Of a DNA stretch of 64,000 nt, positions 29,101 through 37,613 are shown in pieces. The notes under the pieces are model-generated. The model was not told the DNA's origin, searched no databases, and saw nothing but the letters and a program-made list of their open reading frames with translations. A program made the translations under genes and the position numbers. The stretch is from Abditibacterium sp. (GTDB lineage: Bacteria > Armatimonadota > Abditibacteriia > Abditibacteriales > Abditibacteriaceae). The stretch lies in NCBI GenBank assembly GCA_965246885.1, contig OZ251992.1, forward strand, positions 2,368,001 through 2,432,000, in the 5' to 3' direction. Position 1 is the stretch's first letter, and every line of letters begins with the position of its first letter.

Positions 29101-29285
29101 TTGCCGTCGTCTTGGCGGTCGAATTCGATGTGAGCGCCACCAGCGCCGTTGGCTTGAAGCGAGAAATCAACGTCGCAGGAGGGTTCGGCGTCATCGTCTA
29201 AAAGTGTGAGTGTGGGAGAGGGGATGGCGCAAGCGGGCAGGCACAAGCCCAAAGCGCACAAGAGCAGGGGTAAGGGGCGCAACAT
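26109..29285 (-). CDS. Large secreted protein with tandem beta-sandwich (DUF1080/LamG-like) domains
   Basis: Signal peptide; recurring FDDDF...W...SGTW, WNDY/WDNY and DxxNY...GKI motifs. Family call is tentative. Confidence 0.7.
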   Translation of the reverse strand: MLRPLPLLLCALGLCLPACAIPSPTLTLLDDDAEPSCDVDFSLQANGAGGAHIEFDRQDDGNFYALDAAPRAARFSVVTNGHARPLSATPVAWKSVSRVTLQRRPFGMNLLVDGAVVLRAFDATWTNGKIGIRTTGAWKVNEPRLQPVEPVHFDDDFTRAGDGGDLGWDKLSGTWSLSAASKKVSARNADMSANPFAFASDASPSWSVASAGRPFWNDYDARVAVRPEEGASIGIAADLLDASNYLAFRLSPNTNGGQGKRELVLVRGGKTTVLASAVSGFVPRQWVQIGLRTSPGNVEGLLDGAPVLRAPTSALGQGKIALLSKDAPALWDDVHVRSYDFLRAAFTSGGAWSGEGWALAGASASANTRGATLLTGRPDWDNYRTLLSTPWTATSSGAVVAGWRDAKNYALIRWAGIGASVPFKGKIQAVRVQNGTEHVEASAPFGAPAASKRLSVSVAGGAFSLGSSGRALVAMPLATAGQFGLRAVGGEARFSDAVIYFPPAPDPPKVASRFAGDGFMLGWASSVGEWPATPDKDGLQFWNTAELFGAWSLDCPWRSNWRGTVEWALWARRDDFKSGLVLRGEVSGDGTLVTWTLARGGKPLASAQSKVADLVAHDDGNTALSLHWSDGLLTLRGGGKVLFSVPLIPPDDQALGYRSDGFRLQTSELNLWSANRDDFTFSDAPIDFYAPSGKWSVFSRWPCYGDWSFFGGTGRQPRLWTKRTYGGDVVAQYYAHPQMDLPKEPGYSHPGDLNVTLCGDGQNPASGYSFLVAGHDNTRTQIRRDGQLVAENTSDGAWFHDVINRNPNWHRTWVYVRASAKGAVRNGQSGVLVSLLVNQEPMCEYFDPHPVAGWKDGGRVCLWTLNSTIMIARAKIEAERMGGLSTPPTLRDTAPRAAAPNQSGTESLTGVDNDETSTLTTPAKEGWRVENQIAGGLFASTTAMNQALTPTSRLSFDWRASKDTHVDAYIRVGDDWHLMEMSPPQLPDAQYPSLGKMTRGTPHDGWTPMSFDLGAALPRGARVDEVRIGALDGDPYRWQGFDGNPQGAWYEVRNLVLK

Positions 29286-29443
29286 AAGGAGGAAATTGGC
29301 CCCGTTCCAGACACCGGAAATAAGCGCAGGTTACGCGGAATTGCGGCAAGTGGGCGAGAAGGTTGCATTGGAACTCCATTGATGAGCAAAGCGTCCGGCT
29401 GCTATTCGCTCACCTCCTGTATGCTTGTTGCCCGCACTTATTT

Positions 29444-29472
29444 TTGTTCTTCTCCTTTCTGACGGTTAAAAT
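29444..29472 (+). promoter_or_regulatory. Candidate sigma70 promoter for pilB
   Basis: TTGTTC-17 nt-TAAAAT in an AT-rich divergent intergenic region. Confidence 0.3.
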
Positions 29473-29532
29473 AAAGGGCTGTTTGCGCCGATTACGGCGC
29501 CTGACCCCAACACGGACAACTTCGAGGTTTCT

Positions 29533-31416
29533 ATGGCGCTTTCCAATAATTCGTCTGTCGCCGCGCCCGGTGCGCGCCCACAGACCATCGCCCACGCCCT
29601 GCACAACGCCAAGGTCATCACGCAGGAGCAGGGCAAAGACGCGATGCAACGCTCGCGCGGTCAGGCTTCGGCTTTGCCGGGCATTTTCAAAGAGATGGGC
29701 GTGCCCGAAGTGGACATCACGCAAGCGCAAGCCAGCGTGCTGGGCGTGCCGTTCGTTGACCTCCAAAAAGAGCCGCCGTCCGAGGACGCCAAGAACCTCA
29801 TCCCCGACGAGTTGCAAACGCGCCTCAAAGCGACAGGGCTTCGCATTGACGGCGATACGCTTGTTGTGGCCCTCGACAACCCCAAAGACTTTCAAGCGGT
29901 GGACGACCTCGGCGTGCGCACGCGCATGAAAATTCGCCCGGTGATGGCGCCGCGCTCCCAGTTGGAAGCGTTCCGCAAAGGGGTAACTGGCGGCGGTCTG
30001 ATCGTGCCCGGCGCCAACGGCACGCATGGAACCAATGGCACGCCCCTTCCGCACGAGGAAGCGACCATCAACCTCGACGACGAAGTGATAGCCGACGAAG
30101 GCGTGCGCGAGATGCTCGAAGACCTCAAGCCGGTCGAGACCCTCGTTGATCCCAAAGCCAAGAAGAAAGAGGAGCCGAAAGAGCGCGAGGATACCGGCAC
30201 CACCGAAGTGGCGCCGCAAAGCACAAGCGAAGAGGGGCTGGTGGACGAAGCGCCCATCATCCGTATCGTGAACACCGTGCTCCTCTACGCCCTGCGCGAC
30301 GGCGCATCGGACATCCATATCGAGCCGCAGCAAAAAGGCGTGCGCATCCGCTACCGCATTGACGGTGTGCTCCATGAGCAGATGAAAATCCCCCAGTACG
30401 TGCTCAACCCGCTCATCTCGCGCATCAAGATCATGAGCGAAATGAACATCGCCGAGCGCCGGATTCCGCAGGACGGACGCATCAAGCTGACGATGCAGGG
30501 AAAAGAGTACGACATGCGCGTCAATACGTGCCCTTCCATGTATGGTGAGAAGATCGTCATGCGAGTGCTGGACAAGTCGTCGGTGATGCTGGGGTTGGAC
30601 AAGATTGGCTTGTATCCCGAAATGCAAGCGCAGTTGCTGGACATCTGCAACCAGCCCAACGGCATGCTTTATATTGCGGGGCCGACCGGTTCGGGGAAGA
30701 CGACCTCGCTGTATTCGCTACTCAACATCGTCTCGACGGTGGAAAAGAACGTGTCTACAGTGGAAGACCCGGTGGAGTATCAGTTGGCGGGCATCACGCA
30801 AGTGCAGGTCAACCGCAAAGCCGGTCTTACCTTCGCGTCGGCGCTACGCGCGTTCTTGCGGCAAGACCCGGACATCATCATGGTCGGGGAGATACGCGAC
30901 TTGGAAACGGCGGAAATCGCGGTGCAAGCCTCACTCACGGGCCACTTTGTGTTGTCCACCATTCACACGAATGATGCGCCCTCGGTGCCGACGCGCTTAG
31001 CGGACATGGGCGTGGAACCGTTTCTAATTTCGGCTTCGCTTACGGGTGCACTTGCCCAGCGTTTGGCGCGGCGTATTTGCACTAACTGCAAGGAAGAGTA
31101 TGTTCCGCAACGCGAGGTGTTGCTTCGCTTTGGCTTTGACCCGCTCAAGAACCCCGATCAGAAATTCTGGCGTGGGCGCGGCTGCGACAACTGCAAACAG
31201 ACCGGCTATAAGGGACGAATGGGGGTGTACGAACTGATGCGCATCAACGAGGAAATCGCGGAACTGGTGGTGCGGCGCGCGACGGTGGCAGAGATTAAGG
31301 AAGCGGCGCGCGCGGCGGGCATGGTGACTCTCCAAGAAGACGCCTTTCGGCGCTGCAAAGACGGTTTTACCACCGTCGAGGAAGTGATGCGCGTGGTATT
31401 TACCGGTGGTCACTAA
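29533..31416 (+). CDS. pilB: Type IV filament extension ATPase (PilB/GspE)
   Basis: ASDIHIEP, ERRIPQDGR, GPTGSGKT, TVEDPVE, LRQDPDIIMVGEIRD, HTND, CTNC/CDNC zinc motif. Confidence 0.95.
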   Translation: MALSNNSSVAAPGARPQTIAHALHNAKVITQEQGKDAMQRSRGQASALPGIFKEMGVPEVDITQAQASVLGVPFVDLQKEPPSEDAKNLIPDELQTRLKATGLRIDGDTLVVALDNPKDFQAVDDLGVRTRMKIRPVMAPRSQLEAFRKGVTGGGLIVPGANGTHGTNGTPLPHEEATINLDDEVIADEGVREMLEDLKPVETLVDPKAKKKEEPKEREDTGTTEVAPQSTSEEGLVDEAPIIRIVNTVLLYALRDGASDIHIEPQQKGVRIRYRIDGVLHEQMKIPQYVLNPLISRIKIMSEMNIAERRIPQDGRIKLTMQGKEYDMRVNTCPSMYGEKIVMRVLDKSSVMLGLDKIGLYPEMQAQLLDICNQPNGMLYIAGPTGSGKTTSLYSLLNIVSTVEKNVSTVEDPVEYQLAGITQVQVNRKAGLTFASALRAFLRQDPDIIMVGEIRDLETAEIAVQASLTGHFVLSTIHTNDAPSVPTRLADMGVEPFLISASLTGALAQRLARRICTNCKEEYVPQREVLLRFGFDPLKNPDQKFWRGRGCDNCKQTGYKGRMGVYELMRINEEIAELVVRRATVAEIKEAARAAGMVTLQEDAFRRCKDGFTTVEEVMRVVFTGGH

Positions 31417-31443
31417 ACCTGCCGGGGGTTGGAGGTGTTAATC

Positions 31444-31974
31444 ATGAACCGTTTTTTCTGGGGCGTTTTGGGGTTGCAACCTGCGCGCGTAGCCGACATC
31501 GAAGCGGCGTGCGGGCCATTCGATCCCGACAAGCAACCGATGGGGGCGGGCGGCATGTTGGGGCCAAGCGCCTTTGGGTTGCTCGATCCCACCCGCGAGA
31601 TGGTCAAAACCCAGCAATGGGTGGAAGACCTGCGCGCTCAGGAACCGGTCGAGCGCATTGTCAACACATTGCTCCTGTCCGCCATCAAGGGCGGAGCGCA
31701 ACGTTTGACCATCGAGCCGGACGCTTTGGGGGTGCGCGTGCTGCACACGGTTGGCACGTTGGAACGGGAGCATTTGCACCTGCCGACGACGACGCTGGAG
31801 CCGATGCTGGAACGGTTGCGTCGCATGGCGAAGTTTTCGGCGAACGCGCGCCAAGGCTCCTTTCGCTTGGAAGTGGACTCGCACCGCTTCCTGCTGCATG
31901 TCGGTTTCGAGCGCACGGCGTGGGGCGAGCGCGTTGAGATCGCCTTCGCTTCTTCACCGGGCGCGGCGGCGTAA
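31444..31974 (+). CDS. Stand-alone PilB N2-domain-like protein without ATPase
   Basis: RIVNTLLLSAIKGGAQRLTIEP...GERVEI aligns by eye with PilB RIVNTVLLYALRDGASDIHIEP...GEKIVM; has its own SD GGAGGT. Confidence 0.75.
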   Translation: MNRFFWGVLGLQPARVADIEAACGPFDPDKQPMGAGGMLGPSAFGLLDPTREMVKTQQWVEDLRAQEPVERIVNTLLLSAIKGGAQRLTIEPDALGVRVLHTVGTLEREHLHLPTTTLEPMLERLRRMAKFSANARQGSFRLEVDSHRFLLHVGFERTAWGERVEIAFASSPGAAA

Positions 31975-32046
31975 ACTAAGTTATAAGTTTCAGGCACGCA
32001 AGACGCCCCTTCGATGCGTGCATTAAGTGACTCTCCGGGGAAATTC

Positions 32047-33321
32047 ATGGCTCAAAATCCAACACAAATCGGGCGCCCCTCTCCGCCACCCATTGGCGCG
32101 ATGCCGCCGCGCCCGATGGCACCCAACCCTTCCGCCCCCTATGCAGCCAACGGCGGCAATGGCGGCTTCGCGCGCGAAGCGCCGCCCGAATCGGTCATTG
32201 AAGTGGTGGAGAAAATCCCGCTCGACGAGATCCACATAGACGAACTGCTGCAGTTCGTCATTGATATGAAGGGTTCGGACTTGCACTTGGCGGTCAATAA
32301 GCCTCCGTGCATTCGCGTTCACGGCAAAATAAGGGAACTGACGCAGTTCGAGGTCTTCAAAGCTCCTCTCTTGCAGCGCGTGATTTATGATGTGCTCACT
32401 GACGAGCAGATTCAGCGCTTTGAGAACGAGTGGGAACTCGATTTCGCCTACACCACCGCCGATGCCGTCGCGCGCTTTCGCGTCAACGCTTTCCGTGACA
32501 AAGGCGCGCTGGCGGCGGCGATGCGTATTATTCCCACCAAGATTCCCAACCCCGAAGACCTTGGCTTGCCGCCGGTCATTATGGAGTTGGCGAACCGTCC
32601 GCGCGGCCTGATGCTGGTGACAGGGCCGACGGGGTCGGGCAAATCTACCACTCTCGCTGCAGTTCTTAACAAGATCAACTCCGAGCACGACGGGCACATT
32701 ATCACAATCGAAGACCCGATCGAGTTCGTCCATCCGCACCGGCGTTGCGTCGTGAACCAGCGCGAAGTGGGTACGGATACCCACTCTTTCAAGAACGCGT
32801 TGCGCGCCGCTTTGCGCGAAGACCCCGACGTTATTCTGGTGGGCGAAATGCGCGACAATGAGACGATTCACCTCGCCATTACCGCCGCCGAAACGGGTCA
32901 CTTGGTGTTTGGCACGCTCCACACCAACTCGGCGTCTGAATCCATTGACCGCATGGTCGGCGTGTTCGCGTCCGAGCAACAAGAGCAGATTCGCACGCAG
33001 CTTTCTAACTCCATCGTCGCCGTCGTGACGCAGCAACTGCTGCCCAAGGTCGGCGGGGGACGCGTGAGCGCGGTGGAGATCATGATTGCGAACTCGGCGA
33101 TTCGCAACCTCATCCGCGAAGCCAAAGCGCATCAGATGAACTCCATCATTCAAACGCAAAACGGCATCGGGATGCAAACTATGGATCAAGCACTCCGCGA
33201 CTTGGTGTTGCAGGGCACCGTAACCTACGAGGACGCGATGAGTCGCGCGGGCAACCCGGCGGAACTGGAAGTCATGATTACCGGCGGCTCGCAGCAAATG
33301 AACGGGAATGGACGGCGCTAA
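32047..33321 (+). CDS. pilT: Type IV pilus retraction ATPase
   Basis: GPTGSGKST, TIEDPIEF, LREDPDVILVGEMRD, TLHT, AIRNLIRE, GMQTMD. Confidence 0.96.
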   Translation: MAQNPTQIGRPSPPPIGAMPPRPMAPNPSAPYAANGGNGGFAREAPPESVIEVVEKIPLDEIHIDELLQFVIDMKGSDLHLAVNKPPCIRVHGKIRELTQFEVFKAPLLQRVIYDVLTDEQIQRFENEWELDFAYTTADAVARFRVNAFRDKGALAAAMRIIPTKIPNPEDLGLPPVIMELANRPRGLMLVTGPTGSGKSTTLAAVLNKINSEHDGHIITIEDPIEFVHPHRRCVVNQREVGTDTHSFKNALRAALREDPDVILVGEMRDNETIHLAITAAETGHLVFGTLHTNSASESIDRMVGVFASEQQEQIRTQLSNSIVAVVTQQLLPKVGGGRVSAVEIMIANSAIRNLIREAKAHQMNSIIQTQNGIGMQTMDQALRDLVLQGTVTYEDAMSRAGNPAELEVMITGGSQQMNGNGRR

Positions 33322-33357
33322 CGCGTCTGGAGCAGGATATTTAAGCAGGAACCAACT

Positions 33358-34590
33358 ATGCCAATTTTCGCGTATGTCACCAAGGATGCGGCGGGTAAAA
33401 TCCATCGCGGGCGCATCGAAGCCGCCAATGAAAAGCTGCTGACCAAGAAGCTATCCGAGCAGGGCTTTTTAGTGCAATCGGTCACGGCGGAGAATGTCAA
33501 AAAGAAGAAGTTCAACCCGTTGCAAGCGCTTAAGCGCGTCAAGCCGCAGCAAATCGCCATCTTCTGCCGCCAGTTTGCGACCATGATCAACGCGGGCGTG
33601 TCGCTTGTGCGTTGCTTGTCCGTTTTGGAAAAGCAGAGCATCAACCCGAAGATGAAGGACACCATCCGCGACGTCCAGAACCGCGTCGAAGCGGGCGAAA
33701 CCCTGTCGCGCGCCATGTCGCATCACCCGGCCATCTTCTCGAACCTGACGCTTGGCTTAGTGAAAGCGGGCGAAATCGGCGGCGTGTTGGATGAGACCTT
33801 GGAGCGTCTGGCGACGTTTATGGAGTCGGACATCCGCCTACGCCAAAAGATCAAGGCGGCCATGACTTATCCCGTTTTGGTCGGCATCATCGCGGTCGTT
33901 ATCGTCACCTTCCTCGTGACGTTCATCGTGCCGAAGTTCTTGGACATCTTCAAGGACTTCAAAGTCGAGATGCCCGCCATCACGATGCTGCTCGTGCAGA
34001 TCTCCCACTTTATGACTAACCCACAGTCGGTCATCCCGCTTATCGTCGGCATCGTCGGCGGCTCATGGGCTTTCAAGAAGTGGAAGAAAACGAAGTGGGG
34101 TAAGCGCATCTTCGACAAGTGGAAGATGAAGGCGCCCGTTTTCGGCAAGTTGTCGCACAACATCGCTGTCGAGCGTTTTTGCCGCACCCTCGCCACCCTG
34201 CTTACGTCAGGCGTGCCCATCCTGCAGGCTCTCGAAACCGTGTCGGGCGCCATTGACAACGAAACATTCACCGATGTCATCATGCACGCCCGCGCCCGTA
34301 TCCGCGAGGGCGACCCCATCGGCGAGCCGCTTGAAAAGTCGAACCTGTTTCCGCCGATGGTTGTACAGATGATTGCCATCGGTGAAGAGACAGGCGCGCT
34401 CGATCAGATGCTCGGCAAAGTCGCCGACTTCTATGAGGTCGAAGTCGAGACTCAGCTGGAGCAGTTGGCCGCTACTATCGAGCCACTCATGATCGTGGGA
34501 CTTGGCCTCGTCGTCGGCTTTATCGTTATCGCCATGTTCATGCCGATGATCTCATTGGTGAACTCCTTGTCTGGTGGCGACGACAAGTAA
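33358..34590 (+). CDS. pilC: Type IV pilus platform protein (PilC/GspF)
   Basis: RQFATMINAG, AGEIGGVLD, AMTYP, LLTSGVPI, IGEETGALD, IEP. Confidence 0.95.
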   Translation: MPIFAYVTKDAAGKIHRGRIEAANEKLLTKKLSEQGFLVQSVTAENVKKKKFNPLQALKRVKPQQIAIFCRQFATMINAGVSLVRCLSVLEKQSINPKMKDTIRDVQNRVEAGETLSRAMSHHPAIFSNLTLGLVKAGEIGGVLDETLERLATFMESDIRLRQKIKAAMTYPVLVGIIAVVIVTFLVTFIVPKFLDIFKDFKVEMPAITMLLVQISHFMTNPQSVIPLIVGIVGGSWAFKKWKKTKWGKRIFDKWKMKAPVFGKLSHNIAVERFCRTLATLLTSGVPILQALETVSGAIDNETFTDVIMHARARIREGDPIGEPLEKSNLFPPMVVQMIAIGEETGALDQMLGKVADFYEVEVETQLEQLAATIEPLMIVGLGLVVGFIVIAMFMPMISLVNSLSGGDDK

Positions 34591-34606
34591 TAAGCGCCAT
34601 CCTGTC

Positions 34607-34640
34607 CAAAAAGGCCGAAGCACCTGCTTCGGTCTTTTTG
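34607..34640 (+). terminator. Intrinsic terminator after pilC
   Basis: CAAAAAGGCCGAAGCA-CC-TGCTTCGGTCTTTTTG. Confidence 0.75.
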
Positions 34641-34677
34641 CTTGAAGGTGATACCAATCTCCCCATACTTCCCCGTC

Positions 34678-35532
34678 ATGCGTCCGATTTCTGCCCGCGC
34701 AATTGCTGCCATCTTCGTCACCGCGTCTGGTGTTGCGCTTCCCTCTGACACCGCAGACCGTTTTCAAGCGGGCAATCCCGACACGCTCGTGCGCGGCGTG
34801 GCGGTTTCGATGATGCCCACGCTCGACGTTTTGCGGCGGGCGGTCGAGGCGGGGTGCAACCTCGTCATTTCCCACGAACCGGCGTTTTACAATCACCGCG
34901 ACGACACGGCGGCATTGGAGCGCGAAAACGACGCGGTTTGGGGAGCGAAGCGGAGATTCATCGAGGAGAACGATTTGGTTCTTTGGCGCTTTCACGACAT
35001 CCCCCACGCCCTGCGTCCCGATGCCATCCGCAAGGGAATGGCGGGTGAACTGGGCTGGAGCGACTTTCAAGCGTCCACTGGGGACAACGAAGCGCTGTTT
35101 CGCTTGCCTCGCACGACGCTTGCCGAGTTGGCGCGCGACATCCGCGATAAGTTGGGTGCACGCACGCTGTGCGTCGTCGGCGATGGCGCGCGCTCTGTCA
35201 GTGGCATCGCTCTCTCACCGGGATTTGCGGGCTTTGGTTTTGGCCGCTCCCTCCTTCAATCGCCCGAAGTGGATTGTCTGGTGATTGGCGAAGATTTCGA
35301 GTGGGAAACCGGAGCCTACGTCGCCGACGCGGTCGCGGCAGGGTTAGCCAAATCCCTCATTGTTATCGGTCACATTCCATCCGAGCAGGGTGGCATGAAA
35401 GAGTGCGCGGCGTGGATGGCGTCGGTCTTACTCGAAGTGCCCGTGCGCTGGATTCCCACTGTTGACCCATTTTGGGCGCCTTTGAAGGGGCAGAGCCAAA
35501 AGCGACCAGAGCAGGCAAACTTCTCACAATGA
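34678..35532 (+). CDS. Nif3-like dinuclear metal-centre protein
   Basis: GNPDTLVRGVAV, LVISHEP, RFHD, IGHIPSE; ATGA overlap with pilD. Confidence 0.85.
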   Translation: MRPISARAIAAIFVTASGVALPSDTADRFQAGNPDTLVRGVAVSMMPTLDVLRRAVEAGCNLVISHEPAFYNHRDDTAALERENDAVWGAKRRFIEENDLVLWRFHDIPHALRPDAIRKGMAGELGWSDFQASTGDNEALFRLPRTTLAELARDIRDKLGARTLCVVGDGARSVSGIALSPGFAGFGFGRSLLQSPEVDCLVIGEDFEWETGAYVADAVAAGLAKSLIVIGHIPSEQGGMKECAAWMASVLLEVPVRWIPTVDPFWAPLKGQSQKRPEQANFSQ

Positions 35533-36518
35533 TCTTGTTGATGCTGTTTATCTTGGGTACGCTCATCGGCTCGTTTTTGAACGTGTGCATATACCGCTTG
35601 CCGCGTCATGAGAGCGTATCGCATCCGCCGTCGCATTGCCCGAACTGTTGTACCCGCTTGCAGGCGCTCGACTTGGTGCCCATTTTATCGCAGGTCTTGC
35701 TCGGCGGCAAGTGCCGCTACTGCGGACAGAAGTTTTCATGGCGCTACGCGGGCATCGAGTTCCTGACTGGCGTCCTTTTTCTCCTCGCGGGCACGCGCTA
35801 TATCGAGGTGGGCGGCGGCTTCGGCGCGGCTTTTGTGGGCGATCCGGTGCGTCTTGTACGCGACCTCATTTTCATGGCGACGCTCGTCGTCATCTTTTGG
35901 GTGGACTTCGACACGCGCTTAGTGCAATTAGAAGCGACGCTCTTGCTGGGCCTGAGCGCCGTCGCTTACAACTTGTGGCAGATACACCGAGGAGGCTTTA
36001 ACGACATCACGACGGACGGCGGGCTATTCGCCCCTTGGCTTCCCGCACTGCTTCCCGACTCGCTGCTTGCGGGCACAGTGGCGGCGACGTTCATCTGGTT
36101 GCTGCGCGCAGTCTTCTCATTCCTGTATGGGCGCGAGGCGATGGGGCTGGGCGATGTTTTTATAGTAGCGGCCATTGCCATGCATCTGGGCTGGCACGCC
36201 ACTCTCGTCACGTTCTTCTTTTTAGCGGCTGTGTTGGGCGCGCTGATCGGCAGCTTGTTCCAGATCCCGCGCACCGTGCGCTCCTATCGATGGGGCAAGC
36301 AGCGCGCAGAGAAGTACGCGTCTCCCGATCTATCACGCGCGCTGGCCCGCCACTCGTTTCGTAAGAGCTTGATGCCCTTTGGCCCGATGTTGGCAATAGG
36401 AGCAGTCGCCGCACTGCTTTATGGTCAGCAAATCAATAGTTACTACGTAGGTTTGTACACGATCCCGCCTGCCGCAAGCTCGGCGCCCGCCATAGGCGCG
36501 GCTTCTACAAATCCGTGA
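35529..36518 (+). CDS. pilD: Prepilin peptidase / N-methyltransferase
   Basis: [38 protein letters not shown]. Confidence 0.95.
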   Translation: MILLMLFILGTLIGSFLNVCIYRLPRHESVSHPPSHCPNCCTRLQALDLVPILSQVLLGGKCRYCGQKFSWRYAGIEFLTGVLFLLAGTRYIEVGGGFGAAFVGDPVRLVRDLIFMATLVVIFWVDFDTRLVQLEATLLLGLSAVAYNLWQIHRGGFNDITTDGGLFAPWLPALLPDSLLAGTVAATFIWLLRAVFSFLYGREAMGLGDVFIVAAIAMHLGWHATLVTFFFLAAVLGALIGSLFQIPRTVRSYRWGKQRAEKYASPDLSRALARHSFRKSLMPFGPMLAIGAVAALLYGQQINSYYVGLYTIPPAASSAPAIGAASTNP

Positions 36519-36670
36519 TACTGCGCGGGGGTTGCGCTCTTGTCGCCGCTCCTTGGCTCTTACTCACGTGTCTTGTAGTTGAATGTGTCAGGGTGAGGGG
36601 CAAAATGGGAACACTCTGGTTTGTTGGTTGTCGAGCGTGTTACAGGCTCGTTTCCACCCTTGGAGATTTC

Positions 36671-37516
36671 ATGCATTTAGTCAATCCATGCACGCGCACC
36701 GCGCGCCGGGCTTTCACTCTCATAGAAGTTCTTATCGTGCTGGCGATTATCGCGCTATTGGCGGCGTTACTATTCCCCGCCTTTAGCCGCGCAAGAGAAA
36801 GCGCGCGCACGACGAGTTGCGAGACGAACTTGCAGCAAATCTACCTCGCCACCCAGCAATACTTCGCCGACGAGCGGCGTTACCCCGACTCGCTCGTTGA
36901 CCTCTTGCCCGCCAACGCCAAATACGACGATGGCACTCCCACAGGCGCAACCCTGCCCGATAACGTCAACGGCTACCTGAAGTCCGGCGCCGACGGCTTG
37001 CACTGCCCCGACGACGACCTCAGCAACGCCACTCCCCGCGCTTCCTATGGCGCCCTCACGAAGAACCTCACTGGAGCTGCTCCCACCGGCGCTTCCCCCG
37101 ACCCCAACGCTGACGCGGGCAAATACACATGGAACTACTGGGGCTACGACAAAGACGGCTTCGCCTACTCCACCGCCAGCGATGCAGCGACCAACACAAC
37201 GGCTGGCTCCCTTTTGTTGTCGAACCCGCAGGATTCTTCCGGTACCAATCTACCCTTCAACTCGCGTACCAACAAGATCAAAGCCTCGCTTTCCAACCGC
37301 TTCGCGCCCACTTCCACCATCATCACGCACTGCGTCTTCCACCGCTTGCCAACCGCTAACAACATCATCGCTCCCGGACAGTTGGGATACGGCGGCGACG
37401 GCAAGAACGCGCGCGACGTCGTCCTGCGGCTCGACGGCACTGTCCGCTCCCTGGACGTTTCGACGTGGAACGCCCCCACTGGCGGCGCCACCAAGTGGCA
37501 AACGCAAACACCTTAA
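36671..37516 (+). CDS. Prepilin-type protein (DUF1559/H-X9-DG-like C-terminus)
   Basis: [35 protein letters not shown]...CETNLQQI...HCPDDD...HCVFH...LRLDGTV. Confidence 0.9.
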   Translation: MHLVNPCTRTARRAFTLIEVLIVLAIIALLAALLFPAFSRARESARTTSCETNLQQIYLATQQYFADERRYPDSLVDLLPANAKYDDGTPTGATLPDNVNGYLKSGADGLHCPDDDLSNATPRASYGALTKNLTGAAPTGASPDPNADAGKYTWNYWGYDKDGFAYSTASDAATNTTAGSLLLSNPQDSSGTNLPFNSRTNKIKASLSNRFAPTSTIITHCVFHRLPTANNIIAPGQLGYGGDGKNARDVVLRLDGTVRSLDVSTWNAPTGGATKWQTQTP

Positions 37517-37613
37517 CTACTTCCGCCCCTTAACCCTTTCTCGCGGTTCCTTGCGGCTTCCATGCAACCTTTAAGCGTTGTGTTCGAGACAGCCCGCGCC
37601 GTTCATCATTCTT

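Noticed and set aside
36519..36670. c-di-GMP riboswitch upstream of the first pilin (GGGCAAA)
   Set aside because: Lacks the GNRA loop/receptor and second stem; only a short CGAGC hairpin is present.
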